From: a virus
Length of the DNA stretch: 64,000 nucleotides
Reading direction: 5' to 3' (one strand)
Virus record (IMG/VR): IMGVR_UViG_3300049218_000295
Span: 32,001 to 96,000 of that record
Shown here: in pieces, positions 27,874 to 36,735 of the stretch
How positions within the stretch are numbered: the first letter of the stretch is position 1
Layout of the letters: the number at the start of each line of letters is the position of its first letter
Notes under the pieces: model-generated
Told to the model about the DNA's origin: nothing
Seen by the model: only the letters and a program-made list of their open reading frames with translations
Database searches by the model: none
Translations under genes and position numbers: made by a program

Positions 27874-28160
27874 AAGAGCTTACCTATACTGACCTCACCA
27901 ACTTCTATTTGAAATCCACTGTGAAGGGAACTTCAGTGGTCATTCATAATCCCAACGTGGAGCCTGGTAGCGCAGAGGCACTCAGCCAACTTTTTGGCGT
28001 GGAAATCACACCTTCTGACGAAGTCCAGATTGTAGTCATAAAAGTGGACTCACTCAAAAAGGCACGATTCCAATGTGAGCAGGCCTCACAGGAGTATACT
28101 CATTGCGCTTTCGACCTTTGGCAAAAAGGGCGACAAATTGAGGGATGGCCCAAGAAGTAA
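27870..28160 (+). CDS. hypothetical protein
   Basis: GTGA-coupled ORF with SD GGAG. Confidence 0.6.
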   Translation: MKELTYTDLTNFYLKSTVKGTSVVIHNPNVEPGSAEALSQLFGVEITPSDEVQIVVIKVDSLKKARFQCEQASQEYTHCAFDLWQKGRQIEGWPKK

Positions 28161-28169
28161 AAAGCTGCC

Positions 28170-28790
28170 ATGGAATGCTCCCAATGTGCAGTTGAAATGA
28201 GAGAACTACCAAACGGCGATTGGCTTTGTTCAGTTTGCAAAGCCCGGTATGGTGAAGTGCTCCCCAATGACTTGAGCCCGTTTGAAATCGAGAAACCTCG
28301 GGAGGAATTGCCACCTGTCGCAATTTTCCCCGGTTCCTTCAACCCCTGGCATGAAGGACATCAGGACGTGCTTGATAAAGCACTCGCCATCTTCCATAAA
28401 GTCATTATCCTGCAAACCCAAAACTCCAAGAAGGGTCAATCGACCCCATTGCTAGTCGCAATTGAGAAGTACCCAGGTCTCAAATGGAGGTTGGCCGCCG
28501 AGATTGAAAAGGGTCGAGTAGTAATCTATGAAATGCAGGGCTTTCTTACTGATTCTATTCGGAGAGTCGAAGAGGTGGAAAAAGTCAAAATTACTGCGGT
28601 GGTACGAGGCCTTCGCAACGGGTATGACTTGCAGACCGAAATGGTCCAGCAATATTGGTATGAAGACCTTAAAATGACGACTCCAATAGTTTACATCATC
28701 ACCGACCGCAAGCATGCCCATATTTCGAGTTCCGCTATTCGTGAAGTCGAAGGTTTGCAGGAACAGTTCAGGAAGCCCGAGACCCAATGA
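28170..28790 (+). CDS. coaD: phosphopantetheine adenylyltransferase-like protein with N-terminal zinc ribbon
   Basis: AIFPGSFNPWHEGH, VRGLRNGYD..E, HISSSAIR; N-terminal CSQC...CSVC. Confidence 0.8.
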   Translation: MECSQCAVEMRELPNGDWLCSVCKARYGEVLPNDLSPFEIEKPREELPPVAIFPGSFNPWHEGHQDVLDKALAIFHKVIILQTQNSKKGQSTPLLVAIEKYPGLKWRLAAEIEKGRVVIYEMQGFLTDSIRRVEEVEKVKITAVVRGLRNGYDLQTEMVQQYWYEDLKMTTPIVYIITDRKHAHISSSAIREVEGLQEQFRKPETQ

Positions 28791-30448
28791 GCGACGATTT
28801 TGAAGATTTCCATGATAGCGAGGAGAAAGCAACCAGAAAGGTGCCGAAAACCTTTCCGGCACCGGACTATGCGGATTTGGCTCAGTACAACCCCTTTCCT
28901 GGAATCCGACCCGGACAGGAGCAGATTCTAAAGCAACTCGAACAGTTTTTGCAAGATCCGAAAATTAAGACTATCATTCTTGAAGCGCCAACGGGTGTCG
29001 GGAAGTCGATGTTTGCGATGGCTGCCGCTCGTGCCTCCAAGGGTGCTTACGTCACTACTGCCAACAAACTTCTGCAAGACCAATATCAGCGCGATTTTGC
29101 ATCTTTTCTTACTGACTTAAAAGGTCGGGCTAATTACGAGTGCCGTCGCTATAAGCAACCCAATGGTTTCCCCTACAATTGTGGCAATTCCCCTTGCCGC
29201 AAGACCCTGACGGAACAAAAAGAATGCTCCAAACGCAAAGAGTGTGAGTATCATGAGGCGCTGCAAGCGGCAGGCAACTCATCTCTCACGGCCTTCAATT
29301 TTGCAGCCTATCTCGCTTTTCTCGACCATGTCAAGACGCTATTCGGCAAACGCAATATGCTCATTGCTGATGAAGGCCACTCCCTCGCCAATTGGCTAAC
29401 CAATTTTGTGGAAGTGCGTTTCTCGCGCAATAGCCTTCTCAGTCTTGGTCTCGCTCCGGACCTACCTGATTTTGAGTCGGTAGATTTCTATCAGAACTTT
29501 ATTGAGCAGGTGCACGCTGAAATCAATCGGCAGCTCGGCTCGGACGACGAACGCGAAAACATGGACCCCAATTTTCTCTATGACTTGGAGACCATGAGCC
29601 ACAAAATTTTTGTCTTTAAGAAATTGCTTGAGGCACCCGATGGCTCAAACAACTTCGTACTCTATAAGGAGTACGACAAGAAGATGACCCATCTTCTAAG
29701 CTCGGTGGCTTTCAAACCGGTGGTCGTGAACAAGATTGCCAATGACTACATGTTTCGGTACGCGGACAAGACCCTCATTCTCTCTGCAACCATTCTGGAT
29801 TTCACTACTTTCTGTAGCATGATGGGCTTGGAACACGAGGAAACAGCCATTATTCGCGTAGGGTCACCTTTTCCCAAAGAAAATCGCCCCTTTTATCTCG
29901 GAATGGCGGGGCCAGCGCTCAACATGTCCAATTTGGACCAAAACATGCCGCAGCTCGTCCAAAAAATTGAGCAGATTATGGACCACTATCCAAATTACAA
30001 AGGCATCATCCACGGCAACTCCTACAAGATTTGTAACTACATTGCAGAGAACATTAAGTCCAAATATGTCCAGCGGCTCATTTATCCGCGAGCCTCTAAG
30101 GAACAGAAGGACATGCTAAAAATGCATGCCAATTCCACACAACCGACAGTCCTCCTTTCACCTTCGATGGAAGAAGGTGTAGATTTAAAGGATGATTTGG
30201 CGCGTTTCTCTATTCTCTGTAAAGTCCCTTATCCGTACTTGGGCGACCCTATCATGCGACGACGCATGGACGTTTATCCGGGCTACTATGAATGGGAGAC
30301 TGCTCTAACTATTGTCCAGGCCTATGGGCGCGGCGTTCGTCACGAGGCGGATTGGTGCCATACCTATGGACTCGATGGTGGTTTTGTGAACTTCATAGGA
30401 CGTGCTAAACACATACTACCCTCATGGTTCTTGGAGGCAGTCCAGTAA
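28787..30448 (+). CDS. DinG/XPD-family Fe-S helicase
   Basis: EAPTGVGKS, KGRANYEC plus a Cys cluster, DEGH, LSAT, EGVD, KVPYP, QAYGRGVRH. Confidence 0.9.
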   Translation: MSDDFEDFHDSEEKATRKVPKTFPAPDYADLAQYNPFPGIRPGQEQILKQLEQFLQDPKIKTIILEAPTGVGKSMFAMAAARASKGAYVTTANKLLQDQYQRDFASFLTDLKGRANYECRRYKQPNGFPYNCGNSPCRKTLTEQKECSKRKECEYHEALQAAGNSSLTAFNFAAYLAFLDHVKTLFGKRNMLIADEGHSLANWLTNFVEVRFSRNSLLSLGLAPDLPDFESVDFYQNFIEQVHAEINRQLGSDDERENMDPNFLYDLETMSHKIFVFKKLLEAPDGSNNFVLYKEYDKKMTHLLSSVAFKPVVVNKIANDYMFRYADKTLILSATILDFTTFCSMMGLEHEETAIIRVGSPFPKENRPFYLGMAGPALNMSNLDQNMPQLVQKIEQIMDHYPNYKGIIHGNSYKICNYIAENIKSKYVQRLIYPRASKEQKDMLKMHANSTQPTVLLSPSMEEGVDLKDDLARFSILCKVPYPYLGDPIMRRRMDVYPGYYEWETALTIVQAYGRGVRHEADWCHTYGLDGGFVNFIGRAKHILPSWFLEAVQ

Positions 30449-30458
30449 AAGGAAGCTT

Positions 30459-31010
30459 ATGATAGTTTATTTAGGAGCAGCAATCGACACTTCGCTGGGT
30501 TCGCCCGCAGACCAGTTCAACATGTTGAGCGAATTAGTGTTGAAGGCAAATAAGGGTTCTGTCATTTTCTTCAATCCGCTCACGGCGTTTATCAACGCTC
30601 ACGCGATTACTCGTGAACAGGACATGCAATTCCTTATTGATATCAATAACACCGCGCTGGACCGTGCCGACCTCGCAGTTTTCTCCTGGACCTCGTCGCC
30701 CTCCATGGGCGTTCCGCTGGAAATTCAGCGTTGCAAGGAACAGAAGAAACCAATGGTAATTTGGAATCGCACTCCCAAGAAACTGGGGATTTATTTGCGC
30801 AGTGGAATGGGACGTAACCAAATCATTGTAGAAAGTGAAGAGGACGTAGTAGCCGCCATTCGGGCTTGGCCTGGCCATCCAGAGAGCCTGATGGAGTTAC
30901 CACCAAAGCCAGAACCACATCTAACTCTACCTCTTCCTCCTCCAACACTTAATCAAGAACATAAGAAAACTTTTATGCGGGAGTATCCGCCAAAGATCAA
31001 TGACCAATAA
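30459..31010 (+). CDS. nucleoside 2-deoxyribosyltransferase / nucleotide N-glycosidase family protein
   Basis: IVYLGAAID, FFNP, ALDRADL, SMGVPLEI, KKPMV. Likely start is ATG 30459. Confidence 0.7.
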   Translation: MIVYLGAAIDTSLGSPADQFNMLSELVLKANKGSVIFFNPLTAFINAHAITREQDMQFLIDINNTALDRADLAVFSWTSSPSMGVPLEIQRCKEQKKPMVIWNRTPKKLGIYLRSGMGRNQIIVESEEDVVAAIRAWPGHPESLMELPPKPEPHLTLPLPPPTLNQEHKKTFMREYPPKINDQ

Positions 31011-31665
31011 TTGGACCCTTCTTGACCAGAAGGAATCGTTGTACTATTATTGGCTTGGCTGGATGGTCACAGATGGTTGTATCATGCATCGATTCCGAGA
31101 AGGCAGAAATCGAGGCATAATAGTTGCGCTGACCATGCACCGGAACGACGAACACATTTTAGACTTCTTCAGAGATCAGATTCGACCGGACGCTAAATAC
31201 GCAATTAATGGCAATTGCAGCATGCTCAGTCTGGCATTGCCTAGGCGCTACGCGAATGAATTAGCAAAATTTGGGTTAGTACAGCGTAAGACAATAAATC
31301 TGAAAGTCACCAACACTCTCAAATCTATGCCAAAAGAAGCATTCCTTCAGTATTTAGTGGGGATTATTGAAGGCGATGGCTGTGTTGATATAAGGATGCT
31401 GAAGAGCAAGGGCTATGAATATAGTGTGCCGCGCATAAGGGTGACAAACAACAGCAAGCCTTTTCTTGAATGGATTGCTAGGAAATGTGAGTATTATTGC
31501 GGTGTGAAACGAAGAAAGCCTTATAAAAGACAGGGTTGCGAGTGCTGGGAATTGGGCATCGCCGGTAAAGACGCAATAGAGCTGCATAAGCAGCTCAGTT
31601 CTTGCCAATACCGTTTGCTGGAGAGAAAATGGAAGTTAATAGAACCTTTAGACCAACATCAATAG
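31000..31665 (+). CDS. free-standing LAGLIDADG homing endonuclease
   Basis: Two motifs, YWLGWMVTDGCI and YLVGIIEGDGCV. Confidence 0.88.
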   Translation: MTNNWTLLDQKESLYYYWLGWMVTDGCIMHRFREGRNRGIIVALTMHRNDEHILDFFRDQIRPDAKYAINGNCSMLSLALPRRYANELAKFGLVQRKTINLKVTNTLKSMPKEAFLQYLVGIIEGDGCVDIRMLKSKGYEYSVPRIRVTNNSKPFLEWIARKCEYYCGVKRRKPYKRQGCECWELGIAGKDAIELHKQLSSCQYRLLERKWKLIEPLDQHQ

Positions 31666-32546
31666 GACATTTATTTGGGCAGGAGCATGTTTTAAACATG
31701 CTGGTCTCATGGGTCGAGCGCCCAGAAACTATTCCATCAACCATCATGTTCTCTGGCCCCTATGGGACAGGAAAGACATCAATTGCCAGAATTCTATCCG
31801 GTATTCTGACAAACGGATCAACTTGTGATATCGACGAAATCAATGCTGCTGCGTCTCGTGGCATCGATGATGTGCGCGAAATTGCGGACTCGGTCCGCAT
31901 TCGGCCTTTTGGCCCGGCTAAAGTATACATTCTGGACGAGTTTCACCAATTGACAGATGCTGCTCAGAAGGCTCTCCTTAAAGTGGTCGAAGAGCCACCT
32001 CAAGGCGTGTATTTCTTCTTTTGCACAACTGAACCTTCCAAGATTGTTCCAATGCTGAGATCGCGTTGCTTTCCGGTAGAGATGAAACTCCTTACCAGAG
32101 AGTCTACTCAAGAACTATTGTCGTTCTTAACTAAGGGCAGAATTACTGAGGAATTTGCTGAGGCCATTTATTTCCGATCTGGCGGGCACGCCCGTGATGC
32201 TGTGAAGCTTGCGGAGGCATCCTTATCCGCTGGGATCTCCACAGTAGAACAGTTGGAGCAGGCCGTTCAAGGCACCGATTATCAAACGGCTCGGCATCTT
32301 CTGGCCCAGCTTATTGGAGGAGTCAGGCCCGCAACCGCTGACCTACTTAAAGTGGCCCAAATGTCGGATGACCGAGCGTTGGCCGAATTACTTGATAGTA
32401 CAATTGACCAAGCAGCATTCGCGGGCCATGAAAAAGCACTGCGATATTACCCCGAATTCCTAACAATGCGGGCTTACCGCAAAGAGTACAAAATTACCCC
32501 TCGCGAACAGGCCATCCACCTAATTTCCAGGTTTATTCACGAGTAA
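31629..32546 (+). CDS. dnaX: clamp loader, DNA Pol III gamma/tau-like
   Basis: FRP...GQEHV, GPYGTGKTS, EINAAASRGIDDVR, ILDEFHQL, ALLKVVEEPP, SRC, SGGHARDA. Confidence 0.9.
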   Translation: MEVNRTFRPTSIGHLFGQEHVLNMLVSWVERPETIPSTIMFSGPYGTGKTSIARILSGILTNGSTCDIDEINAAASRGIDDVREIADSVRIRPFGPAKVYILDEFHQLTDAAQKALLKVVEEPPQGVYFFFCTTEPSKIVPMLRSRCFPVEMKLLTRESTQELLSFLTKGRITEEFAEAIYFRSGGHARDAVKLAEASLSAGISTVEQLEQAVQGTDYQTARHLLAQLIGGVRPATADLLKVAQMSDDRALAELLDSTIDQAAFAGHEKALRYYPEFLTMRAYRKEYKITPREQAIHLISRFIHE

Positions 32547-32549
32547 AAC

Positions 32550-32762
32550 ATGGGCAAGACCGAAAAGGACAAGATTAACTGGCACCGCTTTCATAACAAG
32601 GTGGACAAATTGCCTACAGAGCAAAAAGAGAAAGTTAAAATTATGGACCAGAATGGCGCTGGTCTTCGCCATGGCAACAAACGTGCATACGAGTCTGTTA
32701 TGAAAGTCAAAAAGCGACGCGTTGAAAAGCGAATCAAAAAGGATGAAGATGCTGAAAGCTGA
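32550..32762 (+). CDS. small basic hypothetical protein
   Basis: 70-aa Lys/Arg-rich in-operon ORF. Confidence 0.6.
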   Translation: MGKTEKDKINWHRFHNKVDKLPTEQKEKVKIMDQNGAGLRHGNKRAYESVMKVKKRRVEKRIKKDEDAES

Positions 32763-32964
32763 GGTCACTACCATCTCAGTCTGCCAGGACGGTTCTATGA
32801 TCCCTGTTGGTTGTGTGTTGTCAACCAATGATGGACAACAGTTCATAGTGACCGAAAGAGCCGCCCTGTCAACGCTTGTACTCCGACCCAATACTCGGTG
32901 GGGTCGTTTTCTATACAACTTCTGGGACCGGCCCAGAATGTGGATCAAACAAAAGTTCGCATGA
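32749..32964 (+). CDS. hypothetical protein
   Basis: In-operon ORF, ATGA-coupled to the next gene; start uncertain. Confidence 0.5.
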   Translation: MLKAEVTTISVCQDGSMIPVGCVLSTNDGQQFIVTERAALSTLVLRPNTRWGRFLYNFWDRPRMWIKQKFA

Positions 32965-33608
32965 ACAAGACCGAAGAAATTCGCAAAATCAAGAAGCTCC
33001 AGGCTTTGGCCACCAGCTCTTACCCGCACGAGGCCCAGGCCGCTCGCAGCAAGGCCGACATTCTCATGAAGGTACATGGGGTTACCCAGGCCGAAGTTGA
33101 TGCGCATGATTTGCATGAGGGTGATGTGAGTCATCTTGTTCTCCGGGCGAAATTCAAGCTAGCGGTTGAGGACAAATTCCTGGCTCCTCTACTCGAGAAG
33201 TTTTTCCATGTCATCATTCTCACTCGTCGAAAAGGGCACCAAAAAGAAGTCTTCGCAGTAGGGAGACCGCAGCAGTTACCTAAGGCCAAAAAAGCTTATG
33301 ACCACCTCCAACAAGAATTTCGTTCCAAATGGCGGAGCTATCGCAAAATTTCAGGCAAGCCTGAGGTCTCTCGCCAGTCGTTTTATCTGGGCCTATTCGA
33401 GGCGGTTAAGAAAGTTCTCGGAGACATGGATGTGGAAACCCAGGCCCTACAAGTCTGCGTTACTGACATTGTTGAGAAAATGGGTGCAGATGAACCTACG
33501 GGTAAGGGCTTTGATTTTCCGATGGACGACATGGAAGCGATGAAAGAGGGTTACTTCCAGGGATTGAAGTCGGGAATCCTAAAAGTTTATTTGAACCGTG
33601 ATATCTAA
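32961..33608 (+). CDS. DUF2786-domain protein
   Basis: KIKKLQALATSSYPHEAQAARSKADILMKVHGV...RQSFYLG. Confidence 0.8.
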   Translation: MNKTEEIRKIKKLQALATSSYPHEAQAARSKADILMKVHGVTQAEVDAHDLHEGDVSHLVLRAKFKLAVEDKFLAPLLEKFFHVIILTRRKGHQKEVFAVGRPQQLPKAKKAYDHLQQEFRSKWRSYRKISGKPEVSRQSFYLGLFEAVKKVLGDMDVETQALQVCVTDIVEKMGADEPTGKGFDFPMDDMEAMKEGYFQGLKSGILKVYLNRDI

Positions 33609-33631
33609 CCAATATTACGTCTAAAGTAAAT

Positions 33632-33790
33632 CAGTTGGGTGACCGACTGTAGAGTCTAAGTTTGGGCTTCCAGCCGCACTTTTTCTCTCCGACTCTTTGG
33701 GGGACGTTCCGTCGCCGCAAGAGGTTACTGAGTTGGATTGCAGGCCACCAGGTATTAGGAAACGACTCTCAGCGTTTCGCATATCGGCCA
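33632..33790 (+). ncRNA. candidate structured RNA leader upstream of the vWA gene
   Basis: Four consecutive stems, including a GNRA-capped CAGTTGG-GTGA-CCGACTG, in a 214-nt intergenic gap. Confidence 0.45.
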
Positions 33791-33822
33791 GAAACCAAAA
33801 ATGCTAACTAGGAGATATTACC

Positions 33823-35499
33823 ATGAAACTGTCTACGAAATTTGATTACTCGTCTGTCGCTTACAACGTCGATAACACAGTGCATTTGCTTGTCCAGGCA
33901 ACGGCACCCAAACTCGATCTTGAAAAGAATCGCGTTCCGCTTAACCTTGTTGCCACACTCGACGTTTCACCATCTATGTATGGTGCGAAAATTGAGTATG
34001 CTCGCAAGTCTCTAATGAAACTCATCGACCATTTGTCACCTAACGACACCCTAGGTCTTGTGTCCTTTGACTCCGACGTCCGTACTTTGGCCCCTGTGAC
34101 CAAAATGGACCAGAAAGCCAAAGACAACTTGAAACAAATTGTCCAGAAAACTGGCATCGGTGGTGGCGGAACGAACCTATCAGGAGCAATGCTTGAAAGC
34201 ATTCGGCATGCAAACCAAATTGATGGGGCTTCTCGGGTGATTTTGTTCACTGATGGGCAACCAAATGTTGGTGTTCGGGAACCGGATAAACTGTCGGACC
34301 TTTTGCGCCAAAACATGCGCAAGAACCTGAGCCTCACCAGTTTCGGTTATGGAAATGACCATGATGCCAATTTGTTAACCGCTCTCGCGGAAATTGGCAA
34401 AGGAAACTATGCTTATCTACAAAATCCTGATGATGCTCTTACCGCATTTGCACGGGAACTTGGAGGATTGCTTTCCTGCTACGGACAAAATCTCAAATTT
34501 GCGATTACGCCAAAAGAGAAGACTGAAATCCTCGAAGTCATGAGCGACGTCGACGTGGAAGAGATTCCAGAAGGCGGAGTTCTGGTTTCGGTCGCGGACC
34601 TTTATAGTGAAGAAACCCGAAACATCGTCCTCAAAGTGAAACTTGATCGCCAGCCCAAATCCCACCCACGTGCGACTTCGGTTGCTGAGGTCGTTCTCAA
34701 GTATGATCGCATGCCTGAGGGCAAGCGCCAAACCGAGGATGTGCGGGCCAAAATACAGTTTGTAAAGGTGCAGGACGTACAGAAAAACGCGGACCAAGAG
34801 GTAGTGGACCAAGTTGGTCTTTGCCAACTTATGAAAGCACAGGAAGAAGCAACGGTTTATGCGGCTTCCGGAAATCTTTCTATGGCCAATTCCGTTCTAA
34901 ACAGCACTACTTTGGGTGTTCAAGGCGTCTTTGGAGCTGCGGGACCACAAGGTGCTTCTGGGCTAGTTGGAGCAGCTATGGCTACCACGCAAGGCTATTA
35001 TGCGGACCAGGCCTCCTTTACTAACTCAGTGCACCTGCGAGCAGCAAGTGCACATTCACATTCAACAGGTCGCGGTAGTCACACTTCCAATATGGGGCTC
35101 TACACGACAAATACCGCAATGGCAAGTATGGTGGATGCTTTCAAAGCAGATGATGACCAGCTCAACGACGCGCTGAACAGTCATAACCATTCGCTTGGGT
35201 CGGCAGGAGCGCCAGGTATCAGCAGTCACACCCACAACCCTGGTTTAGCCTCCGGTACAATTACGGGCGGGCAGGGCATGTCGGGTATTGGGGCTATCCA
35301 ACTTGACCAGAGCCGAATTGGCGGTGGTTTCAATAACTCTATTGGAAGCACCACAGGCACGCTGGTTTTGAACAATGGGATTGGTGGCGGTGGTATCGTT
35401 CATTGTGCAGATAGCACTGTGACAGTGCAGCCTGCTGAAACCAAGGTCACCGAAAGCAAAGCCAGCAAGACCAAATCCCGTTCTAAAAAGGAGTGGTAA
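33823..35499 (+). CDS. von Willebrand factor A domain protein with Gly/Ser/His-rich tail
   Basis: MIDAS motif DVSPSM, GGTNLSG, LFTDGQPN, FGYGNDHD; SD AGGAG. Confidence 0.9.
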   Translation: MKLSTKFDYSSVAYNVDNTVHLLVQATAPKLDLEKNRVPLNLVATLDVSPSMYGAKIEYARKSLMKLIDHLSPNDTLGLVSFDSDVRTLAPVTKMDQKAKDNLKQIVQKTGIGGGGTNLSGAMLESIRHANQIDGASRVILFTDGQPNVGVREPDKLSDLLRQNMRKNLSLTSFGYGNDHDANLLTALAEIGKGNYAYLQNPDDALTAFARELGGLLSCYGQNLKFAITPKEKTEILEVMSDVDVEEIPEGGVLVSVADLYSEETRNIVLKVKLDRQPKSHPRATSVAEVVLKYDRMPEGKRQTEDVRAKIQFVKVQDVQKNADQEVVDQVGLCQLMKAQEEATVYAASGNLSMANSVLNSTTLGVQGVFGAAGPQGASGLVGAAMATTQGYYADQASFTNSVHLRAASAHSHSTGRGSHTSNMGLYTTNTAMASMVDAFKADDDQLNDALNSHNHSLGSAGAPGISSHTHNPGLASGTITGGQGMSGIGAIQLDQSRIGGGFNNSIGSTTGTLVLNNGIGGGGIVHCADSTVTVQPAETKVTESKASKTKSRSKKEW

Positions 35500-35500
35500 A

Positions 35501-35806
35501 ATGCACATCCAAAATTGCATTGTTCCGCTCCAAATAGGGTGCGGATGCGGTGGACTTGCATGCAGTTGCCAGAATAAGGTCCGCACCAAATGCGGGGCCT
35601 GTCCCAAGTGCGGTGCCCCAATCTATGAGGTCTCGCAGGTAACGTATCAGTGGTGGGGGTACAACCATTCGAAGCCGCAGATTGAATACAGTTGCGCTTG
35701 CAGGTTTGACTACTGCGCCCCGTGTATTCCAGCAATACCGCTTAAAATCACAGTCGAGTATCAACCACGCAAGCTATCAAAGAAAAGAAGTGGAAAAGAG
35801 TGGTGA
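35501..35806 (+). CDS. Cys-rich small protein (zinc ribbon)
   Basis: CGCGGLACSC, CGACPKCGAP, CAC. Confidence 0.55.
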   Translation: MHIQNCIVPLQIGCGCGGLACSCQNKVRTKCGACPKCGAPIYEVSQVTYQWWGYNHSKPQIEYSCACRFDYCAPCIPAIPLKITVEYQPRKLSKKRSGKEW

Positions 35807-35809
35807 AAT

Positions 35810-35836
35810 GAGGCCCCGGCGAGCTGCCGGGGCCTC
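35810..35836. terminator. strong hairpin between convergent genes
   Basis: GAGGCCCCGGC-gagct-GCCGGGGCCTC, a perfect 11-bp stem. Confidence 0.7.
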
Positions 35837-35841
35837 CATCT

Positions 35842-36036
35842 TTAGGCAGATTTGCGGCGTTGAGCATGAAGCTCATTGTCGACTTCTTCGGCAATGTCCT
35901 CACCGTTCTCTTCTGCGGCTGCCTTGCCAAGCTCAATGAGCTTTTTCGTAGTAAGACCGCCGCGTTTGCCGTTCTCGGCCAAATAGCGACGGACTTCATC
36001 TGTAACCATACCATCGTCTGTTTGTTTCTTTGCCAT
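35842..36036 (-). CDS. KGG-type small stress protein, paralog 2
   Basis: LAENGKRGGLTT; SD AGGAG. Confidence 0.7.
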   Translation of the reverse strand: MAKKQTDDGMVTDEVRRYLAENGKRGGLTTKKLIELGKAAAEENGEDIAEEVDNELHAQRRKSA

Positions 36037-36047
36037 TTGCTTTCTCC

Positions 36048-36251
36048 TTATGCCGCACGTCGGCGGTTTCGTTGCGTTTGTTCGACTTCGCTTGCTACGT
36101 CCTCGCCGCTTTCAATCGCGGCTTGTTTTCCGAGTTCGACAAGACGGCGCGTCACAGCGCCACCTTTTTTCGCTCCCAGCTTTCCGTTCTCTGAAAGAAA
36201 ACGGCGGATTTCGGGCGTCAGCTTTTCGCTTTGCATTGCCTTTTTTGCCAT
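36048..36251 (-). CDS. KGG-type small stress protein, paralog 1
   Basis: LSENGKLGAKKGGAVT; SD GGAGGT before ATG 36251. Confidence 0.7.
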   Translation of the reverse strand: MAKKAMQSEKLTPEIRRFLSENGKLGAKKGGAVTRRLVELGKQAAIESGEDVASEVEQTQRNRRRAA

Positions 36252-36474
36252 ATGTGATACCTCCACCTTCAAAAATGCAATACCCGCGCCAAACATCGCG
36301 AACGGTCTCGACGCGATGTACTACACTCAACGTGGACATTCGTTATGTTAAAAGGGAAAGGAGGGCCTATGAGATTAATACTCCTAATCCTCTTCATTTC
36401 TTGCCTCACAGGATGCGCTACCACTGGCACCTATCAGCACGACAGCATTAATGAAGTGATGGGCCGAGACAACC

Positions 36475-36681
36475 GTGAGCACCGCCATCACTGCTAAGAA
36501 ATTTCGACAGAGCGTCGCTGAAGCAATTAGGGACGGCTTCTTAAAGGATCTTGCAAGGGAATTCGAGGTCTTGGATTCGACAGTTTCAATGTGGGCTGAC
36601 GGAACCGACAGACCACCCTTAGTCCTTCAAGAGGTAATCCTCCTCGTGATTGAGCGAATGCGAAAGGCCAATAAGATTTAA
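36475..36681 (+). CDS. small XRE-like helix-turn-helix protein
   Basis: KDLAREFEVLDSTVSMWADGTDRP. Confidence 0.7.
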   Translation: MSTAITAKKFRQSVAEAIRDGFLKDLAREFEVLDSTVSMWADGTDRPPLVLQEVILLVIERMRKANKI

Positions 36682-36735
36682 TATTGCGGAGAGGCCTATC
36701 AAAGCACTTCTTTTGCTCCAGTCTATTCTTCCGGC

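Noticed and set aside
31000-31665. Intein or group I intron around the LAGLIDADG ORF
   Set aside because: No N-terminal Cys/Ser or C-terminal His-Asn, the flanking genes look complete, and there is no non-coding room for an intron core.
33609-33822. tRNA genes in the intergenic gaps
   Set aside because: No cloverleaf with a T-loop GTTCRA and acceptor stem was found by eye here or in the other gaps; tRNAscan-SE would be decisive.
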